Assembly (NCBI RefSeq): GCF_963676685.1 | Contig: NC_092346.1 | Coordinates: 73,284,001-73,348,000 of the forward strand | Origin: Mytilus edulis | Taxonomy: Eukaryota | DNA length: 64,000 nt | Direction of reading: 5' to 3' | Shown: one piece after another, positions 29,490-43,401 of the stretch | Numbering within the stretch: position 1 is the first letter of the stretch | Layout of the letters: each line of letters opens with the position of its first letter | Program-made: the position numbers and the translations under genes | Notes under the pieces: generated by a model | What the model saw: only the letters and a program-made list of their open reading frames with translations | Database searches by the model: none | Told to the model about the DNA's origin: nothing

Positions 29490-30391
29490 CCAATGGGAAC
29501 AAACTGTGCCCCTCTACTTGCCGACTTGTTTCTTTATTATTATGAGGCTGACTTCATGCAGGAACTTCTTAGGAAGAAAGATAAGAAGTTAGCAATATCC
29601 TTTAACTCTACTTTCCGCTATATAGATGACGTTCTTTCACTAAACAATTCAAAATTCGGTGACTATGTGGAACGCATCTATCCCATCGAATTTGAGATAA
29701 AGGATACTACAGATACAGTTAAGTCGGCTTAATATCTTGACTTACATCTAGAAATTGACAATGAGGGTCGGTTGAAAACAAAACTTTACGACAAAAGAGA
29801 TGATTTCAGCTTTCCAATTGTGAACTTTCCATTTCTAAGTAGCAACATTCCAGCAGCACCTGCATACGGGGTATATATCTCCCAATTGATACGATATTCC
29901 CGTGCTTGCATTTCCTATCATGATTTTCTTGATAGAGGGTTACTGCTCACAAGGAAGCTATTAAACCAAGAGTTCCAAATGGTGAAGTTGAAATCATACC
30001 TTCGTAAATTTTACGGACGCCATCACGAGTTGGTTGACCGTTATGGAATAACCGTTTCACAAATGATATCGGATATGTTCCTTACGTCGTAACTACAATC
30101 CCCTTCCCTTTCATGAATGTGACCTACCGAATTAAGACTATTTACCGGATTTGTAATCACATAAGCAACACGACGGGTGCCACATGTGGAGCAGGATCTG
30201 CTTACCCTTCCGGAGCACCTGAGATCACCCTTAGTTTTTGGTGGGGTTCGTGTTGTTTATTTTTTAGTTTTCTATGTTGTGTCATGTGTACTATTGTTTT
30301 TCTGTTTGTCTTTTTCATTTTTAGCCATGGCGTTGTCAGTTTGTTTTAGATTTAGGAGTTTGACTGTCCCTTTGGTATCTTTCGTCCCTCT
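29490..30391 (+). mobile_element. 5'-truncated Penelope-like retroelement (RT core and thumb, no C-terminal endonuclease; Naiad-type layout) with 3' UTR
   Basis: One frame at 29490-30092: PMGTNCAPLLADLFL...FRYIDD...YLDL...LYDKRDDF...GVYISQLIRY, with a single premature TAA at 29730-29732. TTTACTAC is duplicated at 29482-29489 and 30392-30399. Confidence 0.8.
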
Positions 30392-30559
30392 TTTACTACA
30401 AGAATCGTTCTAGATTTGTGAATGAACAAAATCACAGCTTCGGCAATCGTCTCGAAAAAAGTTTGTTGGCCACTTCCTTCGAATGTACTAGGAGCGGATT
30501 TGATTGAGAGACTACAGTTGGCTAATGCATTGTTAAATGTTGTAGAAAAATTAATGACG

Positions 30560-32221
30560 TCCTCTCAGAAATGAATAAAGATAAACAAATTGATGACGAT
30601 ACGTACGATTATCTACGCCAAGACGAAACTTGCACAGCCGGTCGATTTTACGTACTTCCAAAACTCCACAAAGAAGGGATTCCAAGGAGGCCTATTGTAT
30701 CAGCTAATGGCCATTCCACTGAAAATTTCTGAATTTATTGATTACCACCTTAGACCACATGCTAAACAACTACATTTCATATTCAAGATACAACTGACTA
30801 TTTGAAGAGAATGAAGTCCTTAAGTCCTTTACCTAATGGCACACTTTTGGTTTGAATGGATGTGTGTTCTTTATACACAAATATTCCAAAAGACGAAGGA
30901 ATAGGCGCGTGTGAAAAAGTATGGAACACTCGAAAGGATAAACATCCCAAAACTGACTGTCTAGTTCAATTGCTCAAGCTAGTGCTTGAAAATAACAACT
31001 TTATTTTCAACGACAAGCACTTTTTACAGATTGACTAGTATGGGAACAAAAATGGCACCTTTTTTTTTACCAATATTTTTATGGGGGATCTCGAAGAACG
31101 CATCCTTTTGAGTGTGCCATACAAACCCTTATCATGGCTCCGTTTTATTGATGATATTGACATGAAATGGAACGATACTGCAGAACATTTACAAGATGTC
31201 TTAGATCATTGCAATCAGTTCCATCACTCAATTAAATTTACATCTGAATTTTCAAGCGAGAAAATTGCTTTCCTCGACACCACCTCATTTGTAAAAAACG
31301 GGGTAATGACAACTGATATCCACACAAAGAAAACACCAGTTCCTTTCTCCAAAAACCCGAAACACTGCTCCAGGAGGATACCTTACAGTCAAGCCATCAG
31401 ACTAAGACGAATTTGCTCCTCGGACTCAAAACTGAACTATCGTTTGGGACAACTAAAAACACAACTGAAATCAAGAGGATACAAGACCAAAAACATCACA
31501 GACGGTTTTGATAAAGCCCAAGAAAAAGATCGAGATAGCCTCATGGAATACAACGATGATACGACCCGTGCAGATAGAATTCCGTTTGCTGTCACCTTCC
31601 ATCCCGATTTGACAAATAGTTCATTTACTATCCGCAAGCTCTGGCGTCTTATCAAAGATGACTCTTCCTTAAAAGAAATTTTTCCATCCCCACCTATTAT
31701 TGCCTAATGCAGACCCAAAAATCTCAAATACATACTTGTGACATCAAAAGTAAAAAACAAGAAACTTCTAAATTTGGGTGTTACAAACAATGCGGTAGAA
31801 GCAATTGTAGGTGCTGTAAAGCCACCAACACTGACCACTCATTCAGCAGCACAGTAACCAAGCAGCGATACAACATATATGGTACATCTAATTGCAAAAC
31901 GGAAAATAGAATTTATGTTCTTACTTGTGGACATGCAAGCGGCAGTATGTTGGTGAAACAGAAACTAAATTCAACATCAGACTTAACAATCACCGATCGT
32001 TTTATACAAAAGGAAGAAACTGTCCAATAACGAGACACCTGTTAAGAACAGGACATACTTTTGATAATATCACCTTTCAAATAATTGAGGTAAACCAAAA
32101 TTGGAACTCCAAAAGGAGAAAACAGAGAGAAAGGTCCTGGATGCATCAGCTACGTACTGTTGAACCTGATGGACTTAATGAGAGGGAGGAAAAACAGTTC
32201 TACCCAAAACCAAAGGAATAA
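30560..32221 (+). pseudogene. Decayed Penelope-like retroelement pol: RT, Cys-rich linker and C-terminal GIY-YIG endonuclease
   Basis: Frameshifted fragments: MDVCSLYTNIP, WLRFIDD, FLDT, IPYSQAIRLRRICS, IPFAVTFHP, CGRSNCRCC, IYVLTC/CKRQYVGET...RLNNHRS...ERSWM...PDGLN. Confidence 0.88.
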
Positions 32222-35200
32222 ATCCTAAATTTCATTCTATTTAACTAAAACAACTATTTGTTTAGATTTAAGAATTTCTATGTACAATAAGCGGCAAAAA
32301 TATGTTTTATATAGACCGTCAATAAATATGTTAAACTTTTACACAAATTTTGTGTAAATGAAGCTACAAAGATATTTTTCGTCATGCATCCGATTTCACC
32401 TAGATAAATGCACACGCCCGTTGAAGCTAATTTGTTTAGCGAAATATTGCGTGAATAATATATAAAATAAAACAACTAATTTTATAACACTCATAAGTAA
32501 GTTACATTCTTAGACACTTATATCTCTCTATATATATATATTTCACAACATGTATAGCAACAGATATTTGGTCCTACAATGTTTTTTACTGTTTAGCTTC
32601 TTTCGTCGTTTTTTCCCCCTGAACGCACGAAGTTCCTTTAACAGGTGCCTTGCTTTATGCACCAAGCATGTAGTTTGATGGAATTTCCATGATGCTGAAT
32701 AACAGCAGCCTAACGAACGTTATTGTAAATTAATTTGTATATTTACATGTAATTATCATACAATAGAATTGCACTTTCAAACTTTTGATATAATAAAAAA
32801 TAAAGATATGTAGTCTTTCTCCCTTCTTACTCTTCAAAATAAAACGACCATTGACGAACTAAATCCAATTGACAAATTTCAAGTTTTTAGTTTAAAATAT
32901 ATATATATACTATATATGTGTGCGTGACAATTTTTCGAGTTTTGACGATTCTATGTGGTCTTCTTTTAATTGCAATTGGAAACAGCCGATATCTTTAATC
33001 ATTTACAAAATGTAAAAATAAATATCTCTCTTCAAAAATTTAATAAACATCGTTCATTTCCACAGTTAATGGAATTACCAATCTTCTTTTTTTTGAACTT
33101 ATACAGAAAACAGATATATGTATTTCAAAAATATACACTCAAGTTGGAAAACATAAATATCTTTTCATTTTTGTTTAAGCTTTCATGAATGCAAATTCTT
33201 TTTTTTTCTACAATGCAAACTCAAATGAGAACTATTCCGGCTATTTGTATAACTATATTGACATTTCTTTTGGACATAGTGTTGTCTACGTGGGTTCCCT
33301 TCGTAAAATATTCAGAATGCCAAACTTACGAACTAACGACCATAGTAGTTTACTTTGATTTTTTTCGACTTTTGAGTTTTTATTATAATCCAAAGTATAT
33401 TCATTTTTTTTTACAACGTCAAGTTTCTATGAAATGATATGACTATTTTAAGAAAACGTTATTCCAGGAATAATGAGCTACTTTTATTTAGAACTTACCA
33501 CTCGTTCCTTTATTACAATTATTACTGCAAATCAAGAGAAGTGGTACGTTTGGTTCAACAGCAGTCGCTAAACTTAAATCTTGGAACGTGGAAGATAGAC
33601 TTCAAAAGTTGTTACCAAGGTTACAAGGGAACGCTAGAGATTTCACGTTTGACCAATTTCCAAAAAACACTATCAGGGACTGCAAAAAGTTAGTTCAAGA
33701 GCTAAAAAATAGATCCTTTGGAAAAAATATTAACCCGTTTAAAGTTTCTCTGGAATGAAAACTAAGGTTAAATCTAATCAAATTACCGTAAACAAATCAT
33801 ATCTATTTCAGCCCTTGGAATTGCCATGTGATGTGGTTTGTAATTCGAAGCTACTTCAAAATATACGTCTCCAGTTGTTAAATCAGTAATTTGCTCTTTA
33901 TCTCCTTTTTTTTTTACAACGAAGCACTGAGCAGTGCATCTTCCATTCATTACTTATTCACGTTGAATGCAAAACAAAATACAGAAACGAAAAAAGTAAG
34001 AGTATCATAAAGAAATAGCATTATGTAGATTTTGGTCTGATTGGCATTTATACCACTACTTATCTTGTTTTTTTTTTGTATACAGTGCATTTTAACGTTT
34101 GGTTTACTACATTAAATTATAGTTCTTATACATGCAGATTGCATTTACTCATATAGACTGTACGATGAAAGCTCGATGGTTCTTTCTGATAACTGTTTGT
34201 CTCTATTTTCCGTGCAATACAATTCAAGTGTAGTATCATAACACATTCTCTGCTAGATAAGACATAATCTTAATTTTTGGAGGATGAAATCACAGATGTG
34301 GCCTTCTTCTCGACATACTCTGCTGTCTACTTTACTCGATTGTACCACGAGAGGTTGTGACTCAGAGACTTTAGTAGGCTGATCCTTTAATAACTATGAT
34401 ACAGTTGATTACACATACAATACATTTTACAACCCCTTAAACAGGTGCATTACCCTATGCGTCAAATTTGTTGTTTGATAGAATCTTCATTGTGTTGAAC
34501 AGCAGCTGCCTTATGTAATTGATAAGTAATCATGTATACATGTAAGTATCATATAGCAGTCAAGAAATAATCAAACTTTTTAAGCATGTATAAGAAATGC
34601 TACTGACAAAAACATAATTCTATGAAGTTGCTGCAGAAACTCTACTTAGTGAATAATAACTCTAATAAATAATAAGATCATTCAAAAAACTTTACCCAAT
34701 TGAACTTATTTCTAGTTTTCTAGTTTAAAAAATATATACTTTATATTTGTGTGTCTATGTGTGTGTGTGTGAGATTATTTTTTTTGAGTTTTGGCCGTTT
34801 TGTGTGGTCTTCTTTTTAACTTCAAAGGTAAAGGTAATCATTATAAAATGCAAAAATAGAAACCTATTTCTATATTTGTTTTTATGAACATCGTTTATTT
34901 CAATAACTATCGGAATTATCAATCTTCTTTGATTTGAACTTCTACGGAATACAGATATACGTTTTTCTAAAATGTACATTTATGGTATTAGACAGGAATG
35001 TTATTATCTTTTTTCTGTTTGTTTTTATAAATGCAAATTAAAAGTAAACATCTTGTTTTCTTTTTTTTTCTTCTTCAAGGCCAACTCGTCTTATGATTGA
35101 TTGAACTATATTTTGTTGAAAACAAAGCTTATATAAAATGTGCCTTGGATCAGGGTTTATATACATTATTTTGAATGCCTAATTTGAGGCAACTGGCAGC

Positions 35201-37147
35201 TACAACATTTCAATAGTCGTTTATCTTTTGAAACTATTTAAGCAAGAACAATTCTCATTCAAACAAAAATGATTTAACTGATCAAGATGGAATGAAATTA
35301 ATTGCCAGTCGATCTTTTAAATCCTACTTGTATACTACATTGGAATGTATATTGAAGATCACGTATAAGGGAAATCTTATAGTTCTCGTCGTTTTTCTGT
35401 AGTACATTATCTATAAAACTTCTAATATGCATACGAAGCATCATATATACGTGATTATGCACTTCATTATAACGAAAATTCGTCAGATTAGGAATGGACA
35501 AGTTTATCAAGTGAAATGATTCAACAGAACATGCGATAAGTGTATTCAGTAAGATGAATTATAAGGGACCTGGAAACAGCTAATAAAATTCCATAGGATG
35601 CCGAATTTTGAAATGAAGATCCAAAGCAAAAGTTGAAAAAAGTTGGAAAACGAATTTCTAAAATATGGACAAAATGCGATGTTTTGACGAAAGTTTGAAA
35701 CATTATATGCAAGACTACGATTATAGTGTTTCGACAGATTCGTCTCATTTAATCAATTGATTTATCTTGATGACATTAAAGCATGAAAAGACGATTCATA
35801 TTTGTGTCATATTCTAAACCTGAAAACCTGGGATTTTTTTTTACCTGAAGTAGGTCTTTTTAATTAATTTTGTGTGCAATTTTACCACAATCCAGACTGA
35901 AAGAACGATTTATTTATCAGCATAATTTAAATTGTTTAGTGTATGGAATTAACTGGGGATAGTTGTTTTGTTTTGCATCATTCAGTTGTGCATTTTTTTC
36001 TTCTTCTACAAGACTTTTAACTTTATTTATTATCTTAACAAATAAAATAAAAGATTTTTATTTGGTGTTCAATATTTTTTTTCGTTACAAAAATCATTTT
36101 TAAATGATTTTTTTTATGTTTGCGAGTCAAAATGTTCTAAGAAATCGAAGTTTTCGAGAAACACTTCTTGGAAATTAAAATGAACATCCCAGTAACATAA
36201 AAATTTTTGGAGTGTGAAATTAAATGTTAAGGTAAGAGGTATTTCATTACGAATGATATCGCGTGTCCTTAAAAAAAGAATGATAGAGGGGTATATCTGG
36301 TTAAAAAAATTTGCAATAACGGTACACCGATATCATCAGCATAATGGTCAGTACTTTGATACTGACTTGATTGAAACAAATCTATCTGAAATTTAAAATT
36401 ATGAATAAACTAAGGTTTCAACTCCCTAAGGCAAAGTTTATCTTCCATTTTTTTAAGACCTTCATATTCTGTAAGCTTTCCAACTGTTTCAGTTCTTATA
36501 CACCATTTGAATACGATGATATAGTTCGGCCACTTTTAACTGCTAATCTGTTTTGTGTAATGTAATTGTGACGTCACAGGCATGCCTGAACAGTTTTTCA
36601 TAAATGGCTTATTGACATTTTTTTTTTGGGTAAACTTAACTATGCACAATAGCCTTAACAACGGATATTTTTTTCGCTTTGTTAATAAATTGTGATTATA
36701 TGTCATAACGGAAAGGCTATATATATGAATTTATTCTGCACATGTGCTATTTTTGCAATATAATTGCATTGGCCTTATATTCATATGTGATATCAAATCA
36801 CTGCCGTCGAACGACTTGTTTTTTTTTACGGTGTTTATGTGTTTATGGGGTGTTTTATATATGGCGTCAACAAACAATACCGGTTATTTAGTATTCCATG
36901 TATTGACGTGATCTAAAACAAATTTTTTTTTTAATTTCCACCTTGATACATTTAGAAAATATTATGAATCTTAGGTCCGATTCCCTCAGTCAAAGATGAT
37001 CTGAGATAACCTTGGCTATTATTTGCGATCGCTTTTGGTCATAAAGCTCTTCTTAGTTGCATTTGGCAAAACTTTTAGGAATTTAGGTACTCAATTCTCT
37101 TCAACTTCGTACTTTATTTGGCCTTTTTAACTCTTTTTTGGATTCGA

Positions 37148-37191
37148 GCGTCGCTGATGAGTCTTTTGTAGACGAAACGCGTGTCTGGCGT
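37148..37191 (+). ncRNA. Type I hammerhead ribozyme motif (isolated retrozyme-family copy)
   Basis: gcgtcg-CTGATGA-gtct(tttgt)agac-GAAA-cgcgt-GTC-tggcgt; catalytic core intact, predicted cleavage after 37185. Confidence 0.75.
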
Positions 37192-39751
37192 AAATACATA
37201 ATTTAGTCTTGGTTTATTCACATCTTCGGTACTTTTACACCTTTGGTTTTGAGTGTTCCTGAGGAAGGTTGATCTTATAAAGCGCTTCGATAGCATGACA
37301 ATAAGATTCATTTTAAAGATCTTGGTCGTAACCGCTTATGGTGGACTATTACATGTGGTTCACAATGGTATCACCAGGTCAGTAATAAGTACTTCGATAT
37401 TGACAAGTTCTGTAACAAACCTTCTTTAAGTTCCCCTTGATAAATTGAGAAACTATTATGAAACTAAGGTAACAACTATCACAGAAAAAGTTGATCTTAG
37501 ATGCAATTGGCTATAATTTTAGATCGCGTTGGTTATGTTGTATGAAAAAACTATCTGCCAGAGTTCAAATGAAGTAAATTTAAGCAATTATAAACAACCA
37601 TACGACCTTAAAAAACCCCACATATATTCGGCTATTCAAGGCCCGGACATGAAATATGTAAACAGTAGACAATTTAAACGAGAAAAACTAACGGCCTAAT
37701 TTATAACAAAACATTTAACTAAAAACACATAACCAACTACAACCACTGAACTACGGACACCTGACTTGGACAAGCTCATAAAAATTGTGGCGTGGTTAAA
37801 CATGTTTGTGAGATTTCAACCATCCCCTAACCTGTAACAGCGGTGACATAACATCATGAAAAACAAACCGTAACAATCAATTGCTAGTGACTGAACTCAT
37901 ATATCACTACGTGAAAAAAGAATAAAAAAGATACCGAAAATTTCAAAAAGGGGTTGATGGTGTGTGTTGGTTGACAAAGTCGAAATTTAGGAATTAACAG
38001 ACTGCTTGTGTGATAAACATCTGTTATATTGCAGAAAAAGTACAGGCATTTCACCAAGAAAATGGTGGATTCATCCTGGTTTTGTAGTTAGCTTAACCCC
38101 CCACTTGTATGACATTTGGTTATAGTTCGGTTATATTGACTAAAAAAGAAACATACATAATAGGTTGATGTGAACATAATTTGGACCAAGCAGCCAAATA
38201 TTTTTAAACGTACATTACAGACTTGCAACACAATTGACTTTAAAAAAAACCAACTAGTTTTACATTCATATCGTTCTACGCTTTATTATCGGTAGCTCAT
38301 AAAAGGTTTGAATTAAAGTCATAAACAGTAGAGAAAAGTCCTTCTGCAAAGCCAAAAACAGACTATGAAAAATTTCAAAGCAGCAAAAACACAGGAAACA
38401 TTTTAAGTCTTGCTTTAAAAATATTTTCCACCAAGAAAGTGGAATAAAACAGAAATAAGACTTTTTCTTTACTTTTTGTATTTCTACGTTGTTGTTTATG
38501 TGAATTTAAGTAAAAGGGTATAAAGTGACTGCACCTGGGATCCACATATTTGTATCATTGCAACATCTCAGCTTCTAGACTCGTCATGAAATCTACAGGT
38601 TCATTCTATATATATGCATTGAGTTCGCTACATAAAAAAAAAACTGTTGACAAGTAGCACATAATAACTTACATCAACACAAAAGACACAAAGTATCGAG
38701 CTTAGAGTACTCGCAACTACTGAAATTTTATTTAAAACGAGACCCATTGGTGGCCTTTGGCCATTTTCTGTTCTTTGTTCGGGTTGTTATCCCTTTCATA
38801 CATTGCCTATTTCCATTCTAAATTTAATTTACATAATTTCCACGAAATGATTCTGTTCTCAGATTTTTAAATTTAATGTTCTTAAACTTGATAAAAATTA
38901 AAATGTTCTTACGTGTAGCATAGATAGTCGAAAAGTCATAGCTTTGGGACATTTTACGAATATAAAGGATCACCAAAAGATAGTATATTTCAAATAAAAC
39001 TGAGAATTGAAATGGGAAATATGTCAAAGAGACAACGACCCGACCAAAGAGCAGAAAACAGCCGAAGGCCACAAATGGGTCTTAAACACGGCGAGAAAAT
39101 CCTGTTTTCGGAGGCGTTCTACAGCTGGCTCCTAAAGAAAAATGTGTACTACTAATAGTTCAATAATAATGAACGTCAAAAGCTCGTTTGCTAGTATTTC
39201 GTGCAAAAATGATTTTTGTCAAAACAAATAAAAGCATTTAAAAATAAAACTAAAAAACAAATATAAGGAGTTATATCTGAGTTTCTGTATGTATAATGAC
39301 AAACAGTATCGAGTTTACAACTTTGGTCAGTATCTATCAGATGTTGAAAAAATTCCTGAACCAGAGGAGATTGATGCGATTGATGATGAAACTGCAGTTA
39401 CTGAATAATTACATTGATAACTAAACACGTGCTTTCACTTTGCTGGAATTACATTTGAACATGATCGTAGATTTGTATGCTGCATTGAAGACCTGTTGGT
39501 GACCTTCTGCTGTTGTCTGTTCTATGGTCGGGTTGTTGTCTCTTTGACACATTCCCCATTTCCATTCTCAATTTTATGGTTGTCAGCTTGCATACCTCAT
39601 TTGAGATACAGTTTCATAAACTATCCAATTGAAATTGAATAGACTTTTTAGATATTGGTAATGAAAATAAAGTTTATTACTTAATGCAGAAGATCTTGTA
39701 TTATTTACATAAATAAAGGCAACAGTAATATACCGCTGTTTAAAATCCATA

Positions 39752-40198
39752 GAATGAAATTCAAAACAGTGTGGCTGTGGCCATTGATTGACACATTAAA
39801 TTCACCCATTGACTGGGACAATTTATGTGAACGTTTGTATGTAACGACCACTGCTCACTATGTACTTTTTGAAGACACTTAAACTATGGGGTCACCAAAG
39901 GTTCACAACACCTTAATAAAGTAATTCGAAAAATTAATCAGAAATAATTAACACGATGTTTTGATTTATATCAATTATATAAATCAAAACATAAAGGTTA
40001 TTCCTGATTAATTTTTTGAACTATTTTATAATTAAAGGCGTTAAGAAACCTTTGGTGACCCCACAGTTTAAATGTCTATCGTAGGTACGTCGTGAACAGT
40101 GGTCGTTACAGACAAACGTTCACGTAAATTGTCCCAGTCAATGGATGAATTTTATGTGTCAATCAATGGCCACAGCCACACTGTTTTGAATTTCATTC
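39752..40198. mobile_element. ~445-bp foldback MITE, copy 3, inserted into an older interspersed repeat
   Basis: Same family as 5723 and 12941. Excision restores aaatcca-TA-aatcgattgag, matching the uninterrupted host at ~25486-25505. Confidence 0.9.
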
Positions 40199-42646
40199 TA
40201 AATCGATTGAGAAATAAACAAATCCGTGTTAAAAACTAAAACTGACGGAAACACATCAAATATAAGGGGAGAACTCTTAAACTCATAAAATGAAAAAAAA
40301 TTTACAAAAAGTGCTAGATATTTTTGATATTTGATGTACTAAAAACATTTACCTGTAAATCTCGAAAAATAAATAAAATACTCATTTCAGAACTTAGTTT
40401 ACACCAGAGTCAAATTTTACTAATGTATCTAATAATGATAATATGGAAACTGTTCCTCGATATTCTTATTTTGGTTTCTTGTAAACAAAGTTTTTTTTTA
40501 TAACAATGCAATGGCAAAGGCAGTACCCAAACCTGCAAGTACGTCACTATGTGTGTTGTTTAGCGTATGAAAGTTTTCAATTTGGTACATTTTCAAACCC
40601 TTTAAATCACTTAAATCTATTTTGTGGTTTGTGGTTTTGTGTTTGCCTTTTTGTCTTTTTTTTTTTGACATTGCTTTATCTGTTAATTCGTCGACTTAAA
40701 TGTCCCTTTGGTATTTTTCGCCTCTGTTTCATGTCAGCTGATCTCTTCGTCGTGCTAAAAAATGCTGATATATTTTCATGATCGTATTTCTTATAAAAGA
40801 TTTGCCAACATTTTTTCTATCTTGATTTGATACACATTTACCACATTTTTATACGGAATGATTAATTAGTCAAAATGTCCTTCCTTACAATAATTGCTTG
40901 AACCAAGTTAGTGGTTACTATAGCTTTCAATTCAAAATCAAGAAATGAATGATTTATAAAATATTATTTCAAAATAATTGCATTGCATGTATGTTTCATT
41001 ATAATACGTTGACTCACAGCAATCTCGCGACATTTTGAAATGAATTCAAAATGAAATGTAACATTCATGATGACAAGTGCTTCTACAATAAAGTTAACAG
41101 CTAAATAAAAGAAAAAAATGATAGGAATCGTGTTTCATGATCGTAGCTAAAAGAATAATTATAAGTATATTTTGACGGTGCACACATTTTGAAAATGAAG
41201 CGCTTCAAAATGTACTTCTTTTTACACCTATATGAATTTACAAAAAAGAAGCATTCAATTCGTAAATAAAAACACCGCATGAACACTTCATTTCAGTGGG
41301 TTTTGTTTTATAAATCTTGATATAATCTCATTTCCTGCTTACCATGACAACCACATCTTAAAGATGCATTCACATATAATAATTACCGTTTTATGATCAA
41401 TAACTCATCCTTTCTATAGTATCAGAATTCTCAATCGTGCGTCAAAGTTACTGCAAAACTACATGTATCCAATATGGGCGTTGCGAATGATATGTGATAT
41501 CTATCAAATCTTTCTAGTTTTACTCATTACAGTAAATATACTGATGATACCGCAAATCGAAAAATGTAAATGACCCATGATTATGGGACCACTTTTCCTA
41601 CAATAAAAGTCACACGAAGTATTTAGAGTATTATCACAAATATTGAGAGGACATTTACAAAAATTAAGAGTATTTTCTCAAATATACAAGGTATACAAAT
41701 ATATTTAGAGTATAATCACAAACATGTAAAGAATACAAAAAGAGACACTACATCAACAATTTAAAGAGTTTAAATCAACAAACTACAGTAAATGCCCCCC
41801 CCCCCCCGTCACCTTCATCGAAGAGGCTCGTTGTCGAGAAATAAAGAAAACGTTGCGATAGCGACACTCAAGGACTGTTAACAAATGACAATTCCAGACC
41901 CAAGAATCAACATAAACTCTTATATTTAAGCTAAAACAAAACAATACAAACACACAATGAAACAAATTTTGTTAAAAAATGCAATAGTAGTATATCGCTG
42001 TTCAATGGTTACATGTAACATCTTATTAAGATAAAATACAAAACTATGATTAAAAATTGATACAGATGATTGTGGTGTAACTATCTTCTGATCATGTACA
42101 CTATTACAATATAAGTCTTACATACTGTTTGATAATCGAAAGAACTGTATCGATCTTCCAGTTATTTCATTAAGTCATGTTATACAGAATGCGAAAAAAA
42201 GTACAGACACATTTGCCTTTTAGTCAGAACCGTAGATTTTAATTTCCCTCAAAAAGTAATAAATGACAAAAATGCAATTAAACATTAAAAATAGTCAAAA
42301 GTAATTTTGAAGTAAAAGAAGACAAAGTTTGATTATAGTTAAATTAAAAAGCTGTGGTAATTTTGTACTTATGAACTGGATGTATCCTACATTTCAATTC
42401 AATAAAAATAAAACTAATTTACACATCATAATGAAATTAACATAACAAAAAAAGTACAATTGCAACATGTTATAAAGACAAATATTCATAAAACATTTGA
42501 AATGTTTACTAATAAGCTCATTGATCAATTAGGAAGTGATAATAATATTTGTTATGAATTTAAATTGTACATAAGAAGAATATGCGTTTTATGATTGATC
42601 ATCAAATTACGAAATTGATGGATGTGAAAATCAAATGTTGGTATGG

Positions 42647-42711
42647 TATAAATAAGTGTTCGAGAGAGAGGAGAGGACAGACCTGAAAGATTCCGGATCT
42701 TAGCAAGCTAG
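42647..42711 (+). promoter_or_regulatory. TATA box and short non-coding exon 1 of gene 2
   Basis: TATAAATA at 42647-42654 and a donor AG|GTATGT at 42711/42712. The acceptor ttgtag ends at 43386, just upstream of ccaccATG. Confidence 0.6.
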
Positions 42712-43401
42712 GTATGTACAGCACTAACAGTCCTAGAATATTATTTTTTACTGTCGTGTTTAAAACAGTAAAAAAAAAATTAACTTTAACTGTGTTTATT
42801 AAATGCGTTTTTTTATACTAAAATTGAAATTTATAAAAATATCTGCTGTATCAGATATTATCCGACTTTGTCTGTTTTTATAATGTTCCTACGTTTGAGG
42901 TTTTTGTGAAATATTCATTTACTTAAAGTCTTTTGTTGAATTTAATAGTATTAACAGCATATGAAAAACGAAGCAGAACGAAATTTTATTTTAAAATGAA
43001 TTATTTTTTTTCTTTTAATATCTGGACAGAATTATAATCTCAGTACATACCTTTATTGATCTCACTTTGACACTGTGGATGTTTGTCTTCATTTGAGACA
43101 TTACACAATCTGATAAAAATAACCATACTGTGTCAAATCTTTGCCGACAGCAATCTGAATACGCTCTTTCGGAATACTCTAGTTTTGTCGAATTAAATCA
43201 AACCTTTACAAATTGGAAGGCTGAAATTTCATTGGCTTGTGTAATAATTATCTAAACATGAAAGTACATGAGATAAAGAATTGTAAAGTTTTGTACCACA
43301 CTAAAATCTTACAAAGACAGTAGAACAAGCAATTTCTGCTCCGTTGGTATTTTATGTCGTTCATCTTGTATTTAATAATATTGTAGGTCCAGCATACCAC
43401 C

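Larger units (their letters stand above)
28515..35050 (+). repeat. Old diverged tandem duplication: copy A ~28515-33200 (interrupted by both Penelope-like elements), copy B ~33890-35050
   Basis: Colinear homologous blocks: 28600-28725 with 33960-34065, 29360-29480 with 34120-34225, 30420-30525 with 34275-34385, and 32635-33170 with 34435-34985. Confidence 0.7.

Noticed and set aside
30113-30413. Two 78-aa ORFs after the first RT
   Set aside because: They lie in the T-rich 3' UTR of the retroelement and have no recognisable motifs.
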